From Macrostomum lignano (Eukaryota): a DNA stretch of 64,000 nucleotides. Of this stretch, positions 53,844 to 64,000 are shown in pieces (within the stretch, counting starts at the first letter, position 1; every line of letters starts with the position of its first letter). Location: positions 185,640 through 249,639 of the forward strand of contig NIVC01001112.1 in NCBI GenBank assembly GCA_002269645.1, in the 5' to 3' direction. The notes under the pieces are model-generated. The model ran no database searches and was not told the origin of the DNA. It saw only the letters and a list, made by a program, of their open reading frames with translations. A program made the translations under genes and the position numbers.

Positions 53844-55531
53844 CTGGTTGGCTCTCGCATCTGCAAGCTGGCCGCGTCAGGCGACCTCATCGGATTGAAA
53901 TCGGCGACAGACGAGTTGGGGATCGGCTCAGCCGCCGGACCTGCCCTGTCAGTTGATGACCTGTTCGATTCGAACGGCTTCAATCCGCTGATGCGCTCCG
54001 CGGCTATCGACCGTCGCTCGCCGTCGATTCAAGGCCAAGTCGAGTGTGCTCGACATCTGCTAGTGACCTGCGGCGCCGATCCGGATGCTAGCGGCGCCAA
54101 ACAGGCGTCCGGATTTCGCGCTCTTCACCTGGCGGCCGAGACCGGCAACGAGGAGGTAGCCAGGCTGCTGCTGGCTGCGGGAGCCGATCGGGATGCTCAA
54201 ACGGTGGACGATTGTTGGACGCCGTTGATGCTGGCAGTGATCGGCGATCAGCTGGGAGTTGCTCGGCTTCTGTTGCAGTGCCAGGCCGATGCTGCACTGC
54301 GCGACTCTTCGGGCCGCACGGCCGAGGACTGGGCGGTCAGGCTGGGTCGTTGCGAAGTGCTGAACGTTCTGCGAAGGTCAGTGGGGAGGCTGGTGAATGT
54401 TGAGCTTGGGGGGTACAATAGCGGCCAGTTTATTAGCGCTCACACAGATCGCACTGAGTCCATAAGTATAGTCTGAGTAATCCGCCTTATAGTTAGCTTA
54501 ATTTGCTGTTATTAAACGGAAGAGATTACAAGGGTTTATATAAACTAACTTGAAAGTTTCTTACAAGAAATTTTTTCCATTTTTAAGGCCTCACATGCTT
54601 TCGCCTTAATATTCGACCGCTTCACCTGACTTATAACAAGCAACGTTTTCGCAAAACTGACTGTAGCTTGTTAGGCACCTTTATTGTACTCCCTTATACT
54701 TAAATGAGCCCCTTGAAGTTGCTTCCTGACTGGCTTTGCACACCTAGAGCTCAAGAGAAGGCCAGGTCAATCAACTTTGCAGTCAGCGGCCACAGGAAGC
54801 CGCACAAAAGAGAAAAAGATTGAACGAAATTCAGTTCTATTCAGCATACGAGATTTCTAAAAGGTCATAGCATTCATAAAAAACAACAGAACTGTCTAAA
54901 TTTTAGTTTCTTACTCCAATCAAGAGCTTTGAATTGAGTCTTTAAAGCTTCCTCGTGTACTTGAAGTTCTACATCGATTCGGCCCAACGCTAATACACTA
55001 CAAGAACCGTAATCCCCTGGAGAAAGCTCCGCTCTTACGAGGCAGTAGAAAGACAGAGAAGTCGCCGTTTTGATAGTCCGCCTCCATTTAAAGCCCAAGC
55101 TGGAAATCTTTTTGTACGGTTGAAAAACCAGCCTCTTAAAGTCGATCACTAACCCCCACAGAGACCTATGCGAAGTGTGTCGCACGGACGATGTCGCAGT
55201 CACTTTCCGACCGTGCGGCCATCGAACAACCTGTCGCAGGTGCTGCGTCCTCTTGACCGTTTGCCTCTCCTGCAACCGGCCCATTGAGATCAAGGAAGGC
55301 CAGCTGGAGGCTGCATCAGCTGATGATGAAGCTTCGTCAACCTCGACAGAGCCTGTACCCATCGATCAGCAACAGCTGGACGAAAGATTCCAGTGCCGCG
55401 TCTGCATGTCCTCCAGCGTCGGCGTTGCCTTCGGCTGCGGACATCAGGCCTGTCGCGGCTGCGCCAAGCAGCTGACAGCTTGCCACATGTGCAGACGCTC
55501 CGTGGACACGAGAATTAGACTGTATAATTGA
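53844..55531 (+). CDS. Ankyrin-repeat + two RING finger E3 ligase, Mind bomb C-terminus-like; 5'-partial
   Basis: Exon 53844-54376 has ~4 ANK repeats (GFRALHLAAETGNEEVARLLLAAGAD; WTPLMLAV). The intron has a CACTAAC branch site. Exon 55162-55531 (phase 2 consistent) has C3HC4 RINGs ending CRVC...FGCGHQACRGCAKQLTACHMCRRSVDTRIRLYN*, like the MIB C-terminal RING. Confidence 0.82.
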
Positions 55532-57179
55532 ACTTTAGCCGCCAGATGACTTTGGAATCGATACGAGCTGATAGGTCACTGCTATACTTGGCGCAATTTT
55601 TCACCGTATAGTATGCCAATGCCAGCACTGACTCATATAAACACTGTGTATAAACACTCTCACACAGGGTCTAAAGTGGCCCTAACATTCTCGTTGTCTG
55701 GCAAGTGTACAAACTCTGTAATTTACTCTTGTATTGCGCTCCTGAAAATGTATAAAATTACCGTCTTGATATGTAAACTTTTTATCTGATTAGTATCATG
55801 TCTCATACATGTATTTTATGCACTACTCGCATGAGAAGCTAGTATAGTATGTCATATTAACCATCCATTGTTTGCCACTGGACTAACACCCCAAGGAATT
55901 CTGGTGTTTAAAAACTCATTAAATAAACCAATCAACACGCCCACTGCTGACTCTCAGAACTTCCATCGACCTGAATCTAATTATCAGTTGTATGATAGGC
56001 TAAGCTTGCATAAATTATCCATTAATTTATGCTTACCGTTTGAACTAAGAATTTTCCCACCAATAATAGAGAAATCAGTTCTTGTCTTGCGTTGTTTTCT
56101 AAGTTTTAGGAATCCAGCAAATTTGCATAGGCAAGAAACTTAACAACTTAGCTGTTTTGCATTCGAAATCGCCGCAAGCAATGCTGATTATTTCAGCTTG
56201 GTGAGAGCCTCTTTAATAGTTGCCACTGTGTGAACGGTAACCTGAGGTCAACCAAGGTAGCTGTTCACGTTGCTTTATATTAAAGCATTTACACTGTAGT
56301 CCGAAATATTTTAAGGATCGCGTGACTTCTCTTTTTGTTAGCAACTTTTTGAGCCCTCGCTTACAATTCTGGAGAGTATTTACACCAGATCTAGAAAAAT
56401 CTGGCTCTCCTGAGTGACCGGAGCGCCCTCAGGTGAGGGCCCTGAGTGCCTCTTTGTCTGAAGCCTGAGACGCCTTCTTATGAGCGTCCGGAGCACCTCA
56501 TAAGTCTCCAAGACGCCTTTACTATGATTGTCAGGATGTCTGCCGTATACACCAGCATGTAAACTTGGCTTTCTGATTGTTGAAGTGGAATTTCAGGGTG
56601 CTAAATTATACTCATGTATTCATTACATGTATTCAGATACCAAAAATTCTCACTATTCTACAGTAAGCCCATCAATTTCTTTTCTAGATTATAGACTACA
56701 TGCGTTTAGAACAGAGCTACACTACACTACGTTCTGTATAGCACACCTGACCGTTTCATTTTAAGTGACTATGCCGTTCTTGGTGGCAGCCAGTGATGGG
56801 GTGGCTTTTGTCGGCGTGCCTCGTAATAAAATAGAGAGTAGAGGCAGAGACGAGGGAGTGGGCTAGGGAAAGGGGAGAGAGGGGAGAAGAGAGAGCGAGA
56901 GCAAAGAGGAACTGCTAGAATGGGAGTAGAGCTGAGCTTCAGCCAATAGGGCTGCAGTGGCATGGCTAAAAAAGGTGTGCCGCGGATCGTTTGCGTGTAT
57001 ACGACTAGCTAGCTGGCGGGGGGCTGCACCTGCACTGTACTATTATTCTGCCATCCCCTCTCCCTCTCTCTCTCTCGCTATAATCTGCCACAATTTCCTA
57101 CCTTGCCAGTCAAACGCATCTCGCACTCTATAAGGTTAAGAAGCAGCTGAGTAGCAGGTCCGACTCTCTCCCTCACACT

Positions 57180-59742
<2,563 letters not shown>

Positions 59743-60619
59743 TCTGCTTTGAAAAATACATGTAATAAGACGGTCCACCTAAAGCCATTATTGTTCAATT
59801 TGCAATTGCTAATCAATTGTGTTTATTAGTGATTTTTTACAAATTAAATTTAATTTTAGCTATAAATTCTTTTACAAGTATTAATGCTAACATCAATTCG
59901 ATTGACAAACTCTGTTAGGGATCAGTTAGACATGGCGCTAAAATGTTAGATATCAGGCTGACATGGCGCCAAACTATTAAAAGCCGGCTTATTTATTTGA
60001 CTTGCATTGCACAATTGTCCCAATTAAAATTTTCATTCATTAAATGTTCGATTATTGCCATTGTTATTAGAATCTTATACCGTGATTAGTAAATACTGAT
60101 CCGTACTTGTACACTATAGGCTGTGAAACAGTCCTTTTGTTCATCTACTAATTTAAACAATTCCTATATTCATTTAGCTCTAACAATAAATTAAATTATA
60201 GCAATAAAAGTTAATTAAAATTCTTGCCAGTGTTTATTCCTGTTTCAATTGTCACATTTCCGTTTTTTCAACCAATAATTGGTGATGTACGCTCGTAATA
60301 TCTTCTTAATCTACTTTAAGTAGAGAGAAGAAAACTTAACCTAACCTAAATTTAACCTGAACCCTAACCTAAACTCTCACTCTTAGCTCACAGGCTTGCG
60401 TTGCAGGTGATAATTGCGCTCCGATTCGATGCAGCAATCCGGAGTCCGCATTGTCAATGAACTTTTTCCTGTCCAAGAAAACCTGGATTTAGAAAAAGGA
60501 GACTGCTCAGCATGTATCGACCCATGCAAGTGCAAAAATCAATGCCGGACTTGGGCAGCGGTTAGGCGGTTAAAAATCTATGACAATTGTCAGTGTTCTC
60601 GTATTTTACAATCGGATAT

Positions 60620-60895
60620 GATAGTAATAGAGAGTAATAGAGTAAAATAGAGAACAGAGAAGAGAGATAAAAATGAGAGATAGGAGAAACGAGAAACCAG
60701 GAGCCAGAGACGAGGGAGGCAAAAATACAGGATATGAGAGGAGAAGAGAGATGGCATAGGAGAGGAGAAAGAGAGAGCTGAGAAGAGTCACAAACCTTGA
60801 GCAGGCCAGATTGCTATTGTGAAGTTTCGAAGGACCCGAGGCCCGGATAGAGAGGCTTGGTGGGCCGCAGTTTGCCGACCCGTACATCCCGTACA
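60620..60895 (-). mobile_element. hAT-like non-autonomous fragment related to 2629-4557
   Basis: The minus strand reads GGGTCGGCAAACTGCGGCCCACCAAGCCTCTCTATCCGGGCCTCGGGTCCTTCGAAAC, followed by CT-rich sequence. Confidence 0.55.
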
Positions 60896-61769
60896 ACCAT
60901 AATACGTTGACCATTGCTTAGCTACCATTGTGTTTATAAAATCGAACCTTGATTTTTAACGGCTAACCACAGATAAAAAATCTTTATGCTTTATAAAATT
61001 GCTAGAGCATGGTCGGATCAGGCGTTCCAGCTCTTCAACAGCGTTTCGGCTGGAACGAAAGCGCTGTACAAAATCGTCCTCGAAGAACGTCCTTGAGACT
61101 CTCTCGACTTTGGACGAAGCAGGTTTTCCTAGACGTTCCATAATTGAAGAAAGTCCATAAATTTTGCTTGGTTTTATCCAGCCTAGACTGGGCTAAAAGT
61201 TGCTTTATATCAAGCTAGTGGTAGACTGAGAGGAGCATCGTAAAATGGGAATTTGCATCAACATATATAGAATAACTAAAATAACACTATATAAGACTAA
61301 AATAAATTGGTCCCAGAAGGTATGGTGGTCGCAACTAAGTGCTTAAAACCATGCACTTTCTTTAGTGATCCTTGAGTGGCAATGAGTGCCGAGTGGCTAT
61401 AAATATAGTTATTCCAAGTATATATACCTCCATGTATAGCGTCCCGTGTGTGAAATATCAACACTCCAAGCTGAGACGCTGGAAATTAAAATATATTTAA
61501 ATTAGTCACGAACGCTTGGACAGACTGTTTCATCCACGTTCCGATCTGATTGGCCAGTTTTGAGTGGCGTGGTCAAAGCTACACTCTCCAGCTCTTCCCA
61601 GCCATCCCAGGTTTTAAGACCCACCCTGTCCGACGACCTGACTGCTGTGCTGATTCGGATCAACTGAAAAAGTGATACTGCGGAGTCGAATTTCCAATCG
61701 AAAGATCGAAGGCGAATTCTTGCTTAGGAGCTTCTTTTCCTTGTTCCAAAGGGACTGGAAGTAAAGGCG

Positions 61770-62775
61770 ATGGTTTTTCTTCTAGCAGCAAATCGACTTC
61801 TGCTTGCGTCTGGAGCTGTCGGCCTGTTGCTGGCGGTGTTGCTGGTTCAGGGCCGCCCGGTTCGGAAGCCTACTTGAGGCTCATGGGTGGCCTTGAGTCC
61901 ATGGTGAGCCTGCTTGTAGTAGTTCATCGGCCCTGTCACTCATACTGTGCCTTTCACTCAGACTGTCACTCTTCTTTGTTGCTCTCTCCTCATCCTTCAC
62001 TCTACCTCCCAATCCCTGCGCTTTACTCTGTTGGTCGCTCACAGACCCTCTTACTGTCTGTCAATACTCTGTACTCTATTTGCTGAAAACAATTTCAACA
62101 GAATTTAAGAGAATAGAAAATTCTCACAAAACCATTTCATTTTAGTGTCAGGGCCAAGGCGCTCATTGTTGGAGCGACGCCATCTGCTGCCAGGGACTCA
62201 AATGCCAGCGAAATTGGTGGCAGTACAAGCGTGAGTAGCGTACTCAGCTCTGGGAGTCTGAAGAGGAGAGGAATTCACTTGGAGGCTTCGAAAGTTGTCA
62301 ATTTTTCAAATTGAGTCGTCAAAGCAATCAATGGCTATGGCAGTCAGAGAGTGGACTGTCTAAGATCTGAGTCTCACGGAGAGATGTTTCAGAATGAGGA
62401 GTCAGATATTGGGGAGAGTTAGGAAGAGAGCTAGTCTGACACTCCGGTGAAGACGCAGTTTAGTTTAGTTCACAATTTCACGCTCACACATTCAGGCTCA
62501 ATCAGCGGTGTCTGCCAGTCGCCCTCGCCGAAATCCCCGGCGAGGAATGGTCAGCCCGCGTTTCAAGCTACAATGCGGCTCCGTCGTGGAGCCAGTGCCG
62601 CACCGACTGGGACTGCCCTCGAGGTCAGTGCTGCCACACCAGCCTGGCCAGCGGTCGTGGAATTCGTCGACGAATCTGCAGTCGGACAATCTGTCCGGGA
62701 GACGACGAGGACGCGGAAACGGATCGAACGGATGACCAATACGAGAACTACTATCCCAGGCGGTTCGGACGCTAG
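61770..62775 (+). pseudogene. Knottin (ICK)-like / Cys-rich secreted peptide locus with apparent frame breaks (pseudogene, sequence error, or unresolved splicing)
   Basis: Signal-like MVFLLAANRLLLASGAVGLLLAVLLVQG (61770); a different frame ends ...GLESM at donor 61903|GTGAGC; exon 62146-62230 gives CQGQGAHCWSDAICCQGLKCQRNWWQYK; exon from 62496 has a frame reading ...QCRTDWDCPRGQCCHTS...ICSRTIC...YENYYPRRFGR* (stop at 62775). Confidence 0.5.
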
Positions 62776-63099
62776 CATCAGAGGCTCAAATCAAGTCCGT
62801 TATTCTTGAGAATCAATTTAAAACGCACACACACCATCGCACTTAAAAAGTTTGTGATCTTTATGAACCGTACAAATAAAAAAACCGCGACCGCGACCTT
62901 GGGACCGAATTCCCTCGATTGTTTGCGAGACAGTACCTTTGGTTTATTCAGTTTCATGACGTCAAGCATTCAAAAGACCTTTGAAATTCACTTCATTAAA
63001 GATTCATGTTCTTGGATTTTCACTAACGTCCTAGAAGATCCGCTCACATCCTTAAAAAGATTCGCTCATGTCTTTGAATATTCACTCACGTGCTTAAAG

Positions 63100-63470
63100 A
63101 TTCACTCAAGTACTTGAAGATTCACTCAAGTACTTGAAGATTCACTCACGTACTTGAAGATTCACTCACAGTCATCTGAGATTCACTCACAGTCATCTGA
63201 GATTCACTCACAGTCATCTGAGATTCACTCACAGTCATCTGAGATTCACTCACAGTCATCTGAGATTCACTCACAGTCATCTGAGATTCACTCACAGTCA
63301 TCTGAGATTCACTCACAGTCATCTGAGATTCACTCACAGTCATCTGAGATTCACTCACAGTCATCTGAGATTCACTCACAGTCATCTGAGATTCACTCAC
63401 AGTCATCTGAGATTCACTCACAGTCATCTGAGATTCACTCACAGTCATCTGAGATTCACTCACGTACCAC
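63100..63470. repeat. 21-bp (GAGATTCACTCACAGTCATCT) x~13 with degenerate left flank
   Basis: Directly visible; the source of ORFs 63146 and 63154. Confidence 0.95.
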
Positions 63471-64000
63471 GAGATTCACATCCTTTGAAATCGACGTTAC
63501 GGTCAGAATTTCAGATTGTCAAGAATTTACATTCTTGTAGTTTTCGTCTTAAGAACTTGCTCGCCACGAAAACTAGAAACAGTGCGTCTTATTAGCTAAG
63601 TTCTTTGATAAGTGTCTTCGATCTACATATTTAGTCAAAAATTTCTGGTTACTAGTGGATTCTGGGATCAATCCCAATCGTTTCTGATGTAAGGACAGAA
63701 ATTCACAACAAAATAATCTGGCCTAGTTTGCAGTGGAGCAGCTAAAAATACTCAAATTTTATTTGCTCCACAGCTCCGCCTCTCTTCTCCCCTCCCAAAG
63801 GATTTCTCCGCTGTATGACCAGCATCCTTAACAGGGTCCACTGTGGCTACCGGCCGCCTTAATTCTTGTCCACTCGCTGTACAGGACCACTTTTTCGTTT
63901 CAAAGTTACGCGCAGCTACAGACAGACAGATCTCGGTAGGAGGCTCGGCTGAGGAACGAAATGCAATCAATGCGGCAGGCTTCAGCCAAGCCAGAAATAG

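Noticed and set aside
60390-61141. Short GC-richer frames on both strands (e.g. VFLDRKKFIDNADSGLLHRIG; ORFs 60414, 60956)
   Set aside because: No consistent exon chain could be built, and part of the region is a hAT-like fragment.

Overview
Eukaryotic (metazoan) genomic DNA with AT-rich introns and intergenic DNA, GC-rich exons, GT-AG introns and very many tandem repeats. The style suggests a free-living flatworm such as Macrostomum; this is inference and no search was run. Gene models were built by hand from splice sites and reading phase. They are: the 3' part of a WDR49-like WD40 gene (702-18041, +), whose introns are each filled by a different minisatellite, including a ~9 kb 33/29-bp array; a TNFR-like type I membrane protein (-); an unknown secreted/GPI-like protein (27733-28512, +); an alpha-type nAChR (30364-36207, -) head-to-head with FAXC (+); a cytosolic sulfotransferase (-); a small secreted TACI/BCMA/Grindelwald-like Cys-rich protein (-); a non-alpha nAChR (41719-45700, -) with a GC-AG intron; a group III secreted PLA2 (+); an ankyrin + two-RING Mind-bomb-like gene (+); a second unknown secreted protein that looks like a distant paralogue of the first (57180-59742, +); and a frame-broken knottin/Cys-rich peptide locus missed by the ORF track (61770-62775, +). 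Mobile DNA includes two tRNA-derived SINE families, a foldback/Mutator-like MITE with a 9-bp TSD, a Tc1/mariner-like MITE and hAT-like remnants. Most long ORFs in the supplied track are artefacts of tandem repeats. There is no CRISPR array, rRNA or intact tRNA.
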